This document shows, piece by piece, positions 24,087-31,249 of a stretch of DNA of 37,629 nt (the first letter of the stretch is position 1; each line of letters opens with the position of its first letter). The notes under the pieces were generated by a model, which searched no databases, had not been told where the DNA came from, and saw nothing but the letters and a program-made list of their open reading frames with translations. This DNA is from a virus. The stretch lies in the IMG/VR virus record IMGVR_UViG_3300037473_000262; one strand, 5' to 3'. Made by a program: the position numbers and the translations under genes.

Positions 24087-24126
24087 GACGAATGCACTTG
24101 ACTTCTATAGTGCATTCGTCATAATA
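24087..24126 (+). promoter_or_regulatory. Near-consensus sigma70 promoter (TTGACT-17-ATAATA) embedded in a 12-bp-arm perfect palindrome; PL-like promoter/operator
   Basis: GACGAATGCACT (24087-98) pairs with AGTGCATTCGTC (24109-20). The -35 is at 24098-24103 and the -10 at 24121-24126. The arms contain the AGTGCA half site also seen between cI and cro. Confidence 0.6.
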
Positions 24127-24310
24127 GGTTCGGTGGCGCACATCGCGTGCCCGCGATTACCGTGTTAGCAATGTTGCACATTCGACGTCTTTGCCTCACG
24201 ATTCTCAGCAGAGCAACTTCATACCGAAAGGAGCGTAAGAAGAAGCACAAAAAGACCCGCCGATATCCATCTCGTAGAGTCCCCACTTTACTTGGCAGTC
24301 CTGCCCAGTT

Positions 24311-24781
24311 GTGGACGCTCACGCCTATGCAAAAGAAGCAGAGAATTTTTTGGGGGATGCCCGGAGGGGCGTCTTTGGAAGTGTCACGCCCACTGATTCC
24401 AGCAGTGAGCGTGACGATACAGCGAGAGAGACTACAGATATGCAAGCCGATTATACGCAACACGAAGTAGAGGTCAAGCGAGTTGAGAACCCTCTCAGCG
24501 AAACGTACGACACAGTCGTAACTTCTTCGTTGATCCCGGAGGCGTGCGCGCGACACCTTAACAAGTTGCATCGCGCGTTCGCCGGCGTAGAAGCGATCAC
24601 GCGCATCATCACCGCCAGCATGGTCGAAGACCTCAACGACGGCGGTCAGCCGCTCAGCCCGTACCTTGTGGGCGGGTTGATGGCTGGCATGCTGCAGCTC
24701 GCCGAATTCGCGATCAACGACATCGAGCATCTGCAGTCGTGGAGCGAGCGCCAACTCGAAGGGGGTAACGCAAATGCCTAA
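24311..24781 (+). CDS. Hypothetical early-left protein (156 aa, or 113 aa from the ATG at 24440)
   Basis: ORF track. The ATG at 24440 follows GAGAGAGA. The composition is acidic and helical. Confidence 0.6.
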   Translation: MDAHAYAKEAENFLGDARRGVFGSVTPTDSSSERDDTARETTDMQADYTQHEVEVKRVENPLSETYDTVVTSSLIPEACARHLNKLHRAFAGVEAITRIITASMVEDLNDGGQPLSPYLVGGLMAGMLQLAEFAINDIEHLQSWSERQLEGGNANA

Positions 24782-25094
24782 GAGCGCCCCCACCTGGAAG
24801 CAAACTGTCGTCGGCAATGTGACGGTCCGGCCGTTATCCCGCGGTGATTGCGAAGTGTCCTTTTCAGGTCATGGCGCGGTGGCCGAGCGCCTGATGCTGA
24901 AGGCGAACAAGTTGAAAGCCTTCATGATCATGATCAGCGGTGAAGGGCTGCATGCCCTCGACTATCTCAACGACGAGTTGAAGTCTGACATCGTTTCGAT
25001 GATGAGCGACCTCGCCGACGAAGTGGCAGCGCTCGCCACAGCCGCGTATGAGATTGAGTACGGATCGTCAACCGTGGAGGCCGAGCGTGCCTAA
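24774..25094 (+). CDS. Hypothetical early-left protein (106 aa)
   Basis: ORF track. There is an 8-nt overlap with the upstream gene. Confidence 0.65.
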   Translation: MPKSAPTWKQTVVGNVTVRPLSRGDCEVSFSGHGAVAERLMLKANKLKAFMIMISGEGLHALDYLNDELKSDIVSMMSDLADEVAALATAAYEIEYGSSTVEAERA

Positions 25095-25611
25095 CATCGA
25101 CTACTCGACCCTGCCGATCGACGAGGCGCGGCGCCTCGCTCACGCAGCCGGCGCAACGATTGGCACTGACAACGCAATCATGTCCGATTGCTACTACACG
25201 CTTTTTCTTGCATGGGTTGACCGCTATATCCCGCGTGCCGGAAACGGCGAGTCAGACGAAGCGTTCGGCGAGCGTCTCGACGCGATCGGCGATGAGTTCA
25301 GAGACGGCTTTAACGGCACCTTCCCGGAAAAGCCGACCCAGGACAAATCTTCCGAATATAAATCCGGTCTGCGCGACGCAGTGAGTCTGCTTCAGACCTG
25401 GAAGACGCGCGGCGAGGAAGGTTCGTCCCCAGGCCTCATGATGCAGGAGTTGATTGCTGCCTATTACGGCCGTTGCGATGCAGAAAGGCAAGGGTTCTCG
25501 GACGGCTTCATGTGCTGGATTGCGTGCGTCCTGGAGGGTGGAGTGCCGGATGTCGACGGGAGTTGGAAGGTTGAAGAAGATCTTGCTTTGTGGGGGGCAT
25601 CCGTTGATTAA
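25087..25611 (+). CDS. Hypothetical early-left protein (174 aa)
   Basis: The GTG at 25087 overlaps the upstream stop (GTGCCTAA). The track's ATG at 25048 is an alternative start. Confidence 0.6.
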   Translation: MPNIDYSTLPIDEARRLAHAAGATIGTDNAIMSDCYYTLFLAWVDRYIPRAGNGESDEAFGERLDAIGDEFRDGFNGTFPEKPTQDKSSEYKSGLRDAVSLLQTWKTRGEEGSSPGLMMQELIAAYYGRCDAERQGFSDGFMCWIACVLEGGVPDVDGSWKVEEDLALWGASVD

Positions 25612-25713
25612 GACCCTTCTGAAACAGTTCTTGATGAAGCTATGGGCAACCGGCACCATCACGGACCGCGAAACCGAACTCATGATCCACTTTTTCAAAG
25701 TTGAGGAATCCTG

Positions 25714-26343
25714 ATGCGCGAAGAAATTGCACGGGAATACGCCTGGTTGGCAGCCGATGTTGAGACGCCGCCGGTGACACGATATATCGCGCTGCGCCGC
25801 ATCGCCCGGGCCGGTCGTGAAAGCCGCGATCTCATTAGCGATGATGTTCGCGTCCTGCGTCGCTATCTGAAAAAGGTCGACGCGACCAAGTGGTACAACA
25901 AGGCGCGAATTATTTCGGCTAAAGCGGATCTCGCCTGCAACGAGGCGCTGCTGAAGCAGTTGAACGAAACCGAGCCGGTACTCGGCCGCGAGATCATCAA
26001 CATCGGCCAGATGTTGGAGAATCGGCTGGCGTTCGACCAGTTGTGCGATCTGCTCGAGGTCAATGCCGCCCAGCGGCGAGAAATCGTCAACACGGAACTG
26101 ACCGACAAGCGAGATTTCATGACGATCGCTTCGGTGTTCGGCGCCGAGCACTCCGCCACGTACGGAGACAGGGACTTCAAATGCGGTCCCGTCTTCCTTG
26201 CCATCAACGCGGAGCTGATGCGCGTCATGTTCGACACGCCGGAGGGCCGGGAGGCATCCGACCTCATGTTCAAGGAACTGTTCAAGCCCGGCGGCGTTTT
26301 CGGCAACGTGAAGATCGTTAGAGTCGGAGAAGAGCCGGCATGA
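25714..26343 (+). CDS. Hypothetical early-left protein (209 aa)
   Basis: ORF track. Codon bias is good. A possible 26-aa micro-ORF (25634..25714) ends in a TGATG overlap with this start. Confidence 0.7.
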   Translation: MREEIAREYAWLAADVETPPVTRYIALRRIARAGRESRDLISDDVRVLRRYLKKVDATKWYNKARIISAKADLACNEALLKQLNETEPVLGREIINIGQMLENRLAFDQLCDLLEVNAAQRREIVNTELTDKRDFMTIASVFGAEHSATYGDRDFKCGPVFLAINAELMRVMFDTPEGREASDLMFKELFKPGGVFGNVKIVRVGEEPA

Positions 26344-27128
26344 GTAAATACAAAGACCTGATTGAGCAGCTGCGCCAATGCGGCGAGACCCGAAGCGCGG
26401 ACGGACGCGGCAGCCGGATTTGCGACGAAGCCGCCGACGCCCTCGAAACCCTCCAGCGTGAGCGGGATGACCTGAAGCACGATGTCGAACGCTACGTCAC
26501 CATCTCAAGCGAGGAGGCAACGCGCGCCGAGGTCATGCGGCGCGAGCGGGACGAGGCAGTGACCGCTCTTGGGCGTATTCACGAGTTGGTCAGCCTCAAG
26601 AACCAGGAAGGCTGGAAGGACGAGCGCCATTCCGACTGGACGCGCGGCCGGATTCTCGCGGTCCTTGAAATGGCCGATTTGTCGCCTGATGAGCGCTCAC
26701 CTAGCGCGTCAGGAGGCGTCACAGCGATCGCGCCATTCGAGGGCATGGATCGGGAGTGGACCGCCGAGGAAAAGAACGGGATCAACGACGCTCTTCGGCA
26801 ATATGGGTGGAAGGATGACCCATCCCCCGAAGCATCGGTATCTGTCCCGGTGAAAGCTACGGATACCCTGCTGCGCCCGTTCTACGAGTGCCCACCCGAG
26901 GAACTCGAGTCAGCGTGGAGAGCCATGATTATGGTCGCTCGCAATACCGTTGACCAGGGCCCTCTCACCGAAGTATTCCCTGTAGAAGACTGTGCGGAGC
27001 GCCGCTACCTGCTGCGTATCTCTTCCGAGTTGAAGAGGCAGAACACGTGCATGCTGCTGCCCACGATTCACCAGGTTTTGAACGCGGCGAAGCGCGTGAA
27101 GAATGGTCTTTCCGAGGAAGAGCGATGA
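26340..27128 (+). CDS. Hypothetical early-left protein (262 aa, N-terminal coiled coil)
   Basis: ORF track. There is an ATGA overlap with the upstream gene. Confidence 0.7.
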   Translation: MSKYKDLIEQLRQCGETRSADGRGSRICDEAADALETLQRERDDLKHDVERYVTISSEEATRAEVMRRERDEAVTALGRIHELVSLKNQEGWKDERHSDWTRGRILAVLEMADLSPDERSPSASGGVTAIAPFEGMDREWTAEEKNGINDALRQYGWKDDPSPEASVSVPVKATDTLLRPFYECPPEELESAWRAMIMVARNTVDQGPLTEVFPVEDCAERRYLLRISSELKRQNTCMLLPTIHQVLNAAKRVKNGLSEEER

Positions 27129-27448
27129 AGGGTCGCCCGAAGTCAGAAATCGTCGATTACCTTGCCGAACAGGGTAAGCCAGTCGCCACGAAGAACATCG
27201 CCGAGGCGCTTGGCATCAATCCGACGACCGCATGCACGCGCGTCAAGCAACTTGAGCAGTCCGGCCTCATCAAGCGGGTCAATCAGTGTCTGAAAACGCG
27301 TGACGTTCGGTGGGTACCCGACGATTCCGCCAAGCCGCAGATCGTCATCTCCTACCGCGGAATCGAGAATCTCGAAGCCATGCAGGCAGTCATGCGTTCG
27401 CGTCTGCTGGCTGGCCTGCATGCCGAGCATGTCGAGGAAGCGGCATGA
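27125..27448 (+). CDS. Winged-helix DNA-binding protein (107 aa)
   Basis: The ATG at 27125 forms an ATGA overlap with the upstream stop. NIAEALGINPTTACTRVKQLEQSGLIKRV is a wHTH-like segment paralogous to 17597..17959. Confidence 0.65.
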   Translation: MKGRPKSEIVDYLAEQGKPVATKNIAEALGINPTTACTRVKQLEQSGLIKRVNQCLKTRDVRWVPDDSAKPQIVISYRGIENLEAMQAVMRSRLLAGLHAEHVEEAA

Positions 27449-27783
27449 CCGACAACCTGTCTATCGTCGGCGGTCGCGCGATGACCATCCGGGAGGTCGC
27501 CAGGATCCTGCGCGTGTCGTACGGAACGGTCTACGCGCACCGCGCCGAGATGGGTTTCTTCCAGATCGGCGCGGCGTGGCGGGTCTTCCCTCAGAAGCTC
27601 CAGGAATTTCTGGACGGTTATAATCAGCCCCGGCCGGCGCGGACGGATAAGGAAACTGTATGTCAATCCGAAAACGTGGAGACGTGTATCACGTTGACAT
27701 CCGCAAACCAGACGGCGGTCGAATTAGATGCTCTGCTGGGACCGACGACCGCAAGAAGGCGCAGGAGTATCACGACAAGTTGA
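27445..27783 (+). CDS. xis: Excisionase-family HTH protein (HTH_17/AlpA-like)
   Basis: MTIREVARILRVSYGTVYAHRAEMGFFQIGAAWRV is the HTH segment. The gene sits directly upstream of int, with an ATGA overlap to the upstream gene. Its 3-prime end overlaps int by 124 nt. Confidence 0.65.
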   Translation: MTDNLSIVGGRAMTIREVARILRVSYGTVYAHRAEMGFFQIGAAWRVFPQKLQEFLDGYNQPRPARTDKETVCQSENVETCITLTSANQTAVELDALLGPTTARRRRSITTS

Positions 27784-28715
27784 AGCATGAGCTGTGGCGC
27801 GTGTCGAAGCTTGGCGAAAAGCCGTCGCGTTCGTTCGACGACGCGGCGCTGAGGTTCCTGAAGGAACAGTCGAACAAGGCGGACTTCGACAGCAAGAAGC
27901 GGCACCTGAAGCACTTTCGGTCGGTCTTCGCAGGTCGGGAGTTGGGCTCGCTCAAGCGGGACGAGATTTACGACGCACTGCCCGACGTCGACCTGCGAGT
28001 GAAGACCGAAGACAGGCCAGTCGCCAATGCGACGAAGAACCGGTACCTCGCCACCATCCGGGCAATGCTGAATGATGCGGCGCACGATTGGGAGTGGATC
28101 GACAAGGCACCGAAGCTGCCTGATCTGGAGGAAGGAAGCAGCCGTATCCGGTGGATCACGCGCGACGAGGCGCAGCGTCTGCTGGGCACTATCCGGACGG
28201 AGTGGATGCGCGACGCGACGATCTTCGGGTTTGCGACGGGGCTCCGGCAGGCGAATATCCTCGGTCTCGAATGGTCGCAGGTTGACCTCGTGCGCAAGCG
28301 CGCATGGGTGCATCCGGACCAGGCAAAGGCGAGAAAGCCTATCGGCGTGCCGCTGAACGCGGAAGCGGTCGAAGTGATCCGGCGGCAGATCGGCAAGCAC
28401 CAGACGCACGTGTTTGTCAGGAACGGGAAGGTTCTGGAGTATTGGGACGCAGTGCAGTGGCGCCTGGCATGTGGGCGGGCCGGAATCGAGAACTTCACGT
28501 TTCACGATGTCCGGCACACCTGGGCCAGTTGGCATGTTCAGAACGGTACGCCTCTGAACCGGCTAATGGAGCTTGGCGGCTGGTCGACGTACGAGATGGT
28601 TTTGCGTTACGCGCATCTCGCACCTGATCATCTGGCACAGCACGCCGACGCGGTCACAATCTGGGCACACAATACGTCGGAGAATGTGGGCACAGGTAAC
28701 AAAAAAGCCGGCTAG
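27660..28715 (+). CDS. int: Tyrosine integrase
   Basis: 351 aa. ATGLRQANILGLEW (Arg), FHDVRHTWASWHV (HxxR) and LGGWSTYEMVLRYAHL (catalytic Tyr) are present. The gene is adjacent to the tRNA fragment. Confidence 0.92.
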   Translation: MSIRKRGDVYHVDIRKPDGGRIRCSAGTDDRKKAQEYHDKLKHELWRVSKLGEKPSRSFDDAALRFLKEQSNKADFDSKKRHLKHFRSVFAGRELGSLKRDEIYDALPDVDLRVKTEDRPVANATKNRYLATIRAMLNDAAHDWEWIDKAPKLPDLEEGSSRIRWITRDEAQRLLGTIRTEWMRDATIFGFATGLRQANILGLEWSQVDLVRKRAWVHPDQAKARKPIGVPLNAEAVEVIRRQIGKHQTHVFVRNGKVLEYWDAVQWRLACGRAGIENFTFHDVRHTWASWHVQNGTPLNRLMELGGWSTYEMVLRYAHLAPDHLAQHADAVTIWAHNTSENVGTGNKKAG

Positions 28716-28723
28716 GCCGGCTT
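28705..28723. terminator. Hairpin terminator spanning the int stop; stronger on the minus strand
   Basis: AAGCCGGC-tag-GCCGGCTT. On the minus strand the stem is followed by TTTTTTG, so it would terminate the reconstituted tRNA gene after integration. On the plus strand it is followed by CGTTGTCTTG. Confidence 0.6.
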
Positions 28724-28746
28724 CGTTGTCTTGCTGCATAAGGGTC

Positions 28747-28805
28747 TTGGCGGAAAGGGTGGGATTCGAACCCACGGTACGGTATAACCGTACACCGGAT
28801 TTCGA
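28747..28805 (-). other. attP core: 3-prime 59 nt of a tRNA-Ser(CGA) gene (anticodon loop to CCA end); not a complete tRNA
   Basis: The reverse complement reads CTCGAAA-TCCGG-TGTACGGTTATACCGTACC-GTGGGTTCGAATCCCAC-CCTTTCCGCCA. That gives an anticodon loop with CGA, a long variable arm, a T-arm and an acceptor 3-prime strand with CCA. The 5 nt upstream (AATCA) cannot pair with TCCGG, so the 5-prime half is missing. Confidence 0.8.
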
Positions 28806-28962
28806 GTGATTTCAAAAGCACCCGACATGACGCCAAGTTGTTGATTTTAAACGGTAACAGTCTTGCGCCGGCCAGCCTTGATTGACGCCGTTTTCAGCGA
28901 TTTTCAGAGGCCGTCATGGATTGTGGGCACAGATTGGGCACACGCCCGCTGCTCGGCTCGGG

Positions 28963-29331
28963 TTATCGGTGTGCGCCAATGGCACCGATCAGTTGCCGGG
29001 CGAACTCGACGTCACGGCGCAGCGCCGCCGCTTCCGAGTTCTCAGGGGCGCGTGCTATCGCCTTCTGGACTCGTTCCAGAACCTCATCCGCGCGTTCCAT
29101 GGCGCCCCACATGATGTCGATCTGCTTCGACAAGCTCTCGGCGGCGACCGAATCGCGCTTTCGGATTTCATCCAGCACCACGGCTGCCGTATCGACGTGG
29201 GGGTTGCGCGCCAGCCGCAGCAGCATTTCCGCGTTGATCGAGATGCCGGCCTTCGTCGCCGCACGGTCTATCTGTGCGTGCAGGTCCTTGGGCAGGCGCA
29301 GCGAGGTTTTGAAGGTGTCGTCGTTCGTCAT
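28963..29331 (-). CDS. Arc/Mnt-like ribbon-helix-helix repressor with a helical C-terminal extension (122 aa)
   Basis: FKTSLRLPKDLHAQIDRAATKAGISINAEMLLRLARN matches the Arc-type RHH pattern. The ATG at 29331 is preferred over the track's TTG at 29355. Confidence 0.7.
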   Translation of the reverse strand: MTNDDTFKTSLRLPKDLHAQIDRAATKAGISINAEMLLRLARNPHVDTAAVVLDEIRKRDSVAAESLSKQIDIMWGAMERADEVLERVQKAIARAPENSEAAALRRDVEFARQLIGAIGAHR

Positions 29332-29492
29332 GCGGCGGATTCTATCTACCGACAAATACTGACGCTAGAATCGCGCTTTTAAGCATCGAAGTAGCACCAT
29401 ATACGCCCTCTTTTCGGATCATCCGTGCGCTTTCTTAGGTATTAGATTGACCCCACACATGGTTTGCTGACGCACTGGAAGGCGGGTGATAA

Positions 29493-29735
29493 ATGGAACG
29501 GGAGAGAGGTGGTACAGACGCGGCACAGACCGCGACAGTCATACGCGTCATCGACGATCTGTCGACGAAATCGGCTCAGCTGCATTCGTTGATGGTCTTG
29601 CTGATGCAGGCCGCGCGTGATCGGGAAATGCCGCGCGCGCACCTTGAAACGGCGTGCTGGTTGGCTTGCGACCTGGCCGCCGGAATCGGGTCGAGCGTGA
29701 TGCTACTAGGCGAGATTCACGGTCGAATTAACTGA
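29493..29735 (+). CDS. Hypothetical protein (80 aa), first gene of the cassette divergent from the RHH gene
   Basis: ORF track. The composition is helical. Confidence 0.55.
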   Translation: MERERGGTDAAQTATVIRVIDDLSTKSAQLHSLMVLLMQAARDREMPRAHLETACWLACDLAAGIGSSVMLLGEIHGRIN

Positions 29736-29763
29736 GGGACCAACCGAAAAATCGGGGATTCAA

Positions 29764-29949
29764 ATGAAAAAGACATTGAAAGCGTTATCAGCGGCCATTT
29801 TGTGCGCGGCTATTTCCGCGTGCGGCGGTGGTGGTGGCGACCCCACCGCGCCGACCGGGCCGGTCGTTCACAGATCCATCGGACCGCAGTTGCGGCCGTG
29901 CGAAACCACAGGACCGACTGCGCCGCCCTGCCCTGCATCCGCGCCGTGA
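29764..29949 (+). CDS. Small Pro-rich lipoprotein (61 aa)
   Basis: The signal peptide and lipobox are MKKTLKALSAAILCAAISA-C. The mature protein is about 41 aa and Gly/Pro-rich, with 2 further Cys. Confidence 0.6.
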   Translation: MKKTLKALSAAILCAAISACGGGGGDPTAPTGPVVHRSIGPQLRPCETTGPTAPPCPASAP

Positions 29950-30758
29950 AGTTCTACGCTACTGCCAACGTCGCTGCGTCGATCCGGAAGGCTCACGAGG
30001 ATTTCACTCACATCCTCGTGAACCGCGGCTACACGACCATCAAACCGGTGTTCTTCCAGAGCGGCAAGATTGCCGACCTCCCGGTTTTTCAGTGGGCATG
30101 GTGGCAACCGGCAACCTTCGGCCAGCTCGAGCGATGGCGAGCCGCTGGCGGCGTACTGATCGACCAGTACACGTATTCGGACAAGTCAGGCGTGGCCGAC
30201 GTGCTGGTGTTCGTCGAGTGCCCGATGACCATGGATCGCATCAACCGGTGCGCGCAGCCGATCGTCGATTACACGGTCATCCCGCGCCCGCACACGTGGA
30301 AAGTGCACGAGCAGTGCATCGATCTGCGTACGCCGACGGCGGATGCGTTGCGTCCCATGTGGCAGGTGTGCCGGGGACAACGAGTGACCGACGCGCAACT
30401 CGCCGAGGCTACAGGTTTGCCGAAACAGCACGTGCAGTACATGCGCGCGGGCCTGAAACCGGTCGAAGAATGGCAGATCCGGCCAGGTTTGCCGCCGGAA
30501 TTCGCTGGCTTCGCGGACGCGTGGCGCTGGATTGGCACCGGACGATGCGCCAGCCGGAAGGACGTCCGGGAGGCGGGTCACAAGGCGGCCGTAAAGGAGA
30601 TGGCGCGGCTTGGCCACGTCCGTCTAGAGAAGATCCACCGTTATCCGGACGGAGAGCCGGACTGGCAGCGCATCGAGCGCAAGCGCGCCGCGGCTATTGC
30701 CGATCTGGCTGCAGTTCGATCGTTACTTGAGGGACTGCCTGACCATCTGTCAGTTTGA
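29946..30758 (+). CDS. Hypothetical protein (270 aa) with an internal HTH-like segment; GTG start coupled to the lipoprotein stop
   Basis: There is a GTGA start/stop overlap at 29946-29949. The protein-like sequence begins at VKFYATANVAASIRK. The track's longer N-terminus (RGYFRVRRWWWRPHR) looks out of frame. The HTH-like segment is VTDAQLAEATGLPKQHVQYMRAG. Confidence 0.6.
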   Translation: MKFYATANVAASIRKAHEDFTHILVNRGYTTIKPVFFQSGKIADLPVFQWAWWQPATFGQLERWRAAGGVLIDQYTYSDKSGVADVLVFVECPMTMDRINRCAQPIVDYTVIPRPHTWKVHEQCIDLRTPTADALRPMWQVCRGQRVTDAQLAEATGLPKQHVQYMRAGLKPVEEWQIRPGLPPEFAGFADAWRWIGTGRCASRKDVREAGHKAAVKEMARLGHVRLEKIHRYPDGEPDWQRIERKRAAAIADLAAVRSLLEGLPDHLSV

Positions 30759-31227
30759 TGACGGTCTGGCGTATTTCCTTGATGCGCGGGGCGTTCTGGT
30801 GGTAAAGCGTGTTCAGCTCGCTCAGTGCGTGTTCGATTTCCCGGTCGCCCGCCACCTGCTGATGGCCGCCACGCAATGCAATTGCCGCCTGCAGCTTGAC
30901 CTTTGCCATCGCTGCACTGTCTGCGACGTCCATCGTCGCAAGGCTGTGCAACTCTTCGATGCCTACCACCTTGTAGGCAAGACTCAGGTCCGCGAGCCGG
31001 GTTTCAAATTGCTCGATGCTCATCCGGGAATACGCCGGATCGACCTTCACCTTCTCGATCGCCGCCGCAAAGTTCTGAAGCTCGGCCGAAGACCGGATGT
31101 AGCGATCCAGCTCCTGGGCCGTGCAGTCGAGCGTGGTCGACGCCAGGAAAATGTCGCCCTTAGCTTCGGTGAGCGCTTCCTTGATGGCCTCTTCGGAAAT
31201 CAGGCCCGCCCTCTTTGCACGCATCAT
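30694..31227 (-). CDS. Putative DNA-binding protein (177 aa) with a Fis-like HTH near the N-terminus; last gene of the late operon
   Basis: The start was set at the ATGATG at 31227. GDIFLASTTLDCTAQELDRYIR is the HTH-like segment. The track's upstream extension is Arg-rich and overlaps the 74-aa ORF. Confidence 0.6.
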   Translation of the reverse strand: MMRAKRAGLISEEAIKEALTEAKGDIFLASTTLDCTAQELDRYIRSSAELQNFAAAIEKVKVDPAYSRMSIEQFETRLADLSLAYKVVGIEELHSLATMDVADSAAMAKVKLQAAIALRGGHQQVAGDREIEHALSELNTLYHQNAPRIKEIRQTVIKLTDGQAVPQVTIELQPDRQ

Positions 31228-31249
31228 CACCCGTCCCACCCTTCCCGGT

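Noticed and set aside
28747-28805. A functional phage-encoded tRNA gene.
   Set aside because: Only the anticodon loop, variable arm, T-arm and acceptor 3-prime strand are present. The sequence upstream cannot form the anticodon stem, D-arm or acceptor 5-prime strand. It is an attP core fragment.
29940-29950. Programmed -1 frameshift fusing the lipoprotein signal to the 270-aa protein.
   Set aside because: There is no XXXYYYZ slippery heptamer or obvious downstream stimulatory structure at the junction. Simple stop/start (GTGA) coupling explains the arrangement.
29802-30758. The 318-aa version of the cassette protein starting at 29802, and the fully overlapping 300-aa ORF at 29828..30730.
   Set aside because: The first about 48 codons of the 318-aa form (RGYFRVRRWWWRPHR...) overlap the lipoprotein gene out of frame and look non-coding. 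The 300-aa ORF is Arg/Gly/Pro-rich shadow sequence. A GTG at 29946 coupled to the lipoprotein stop is more plausible.
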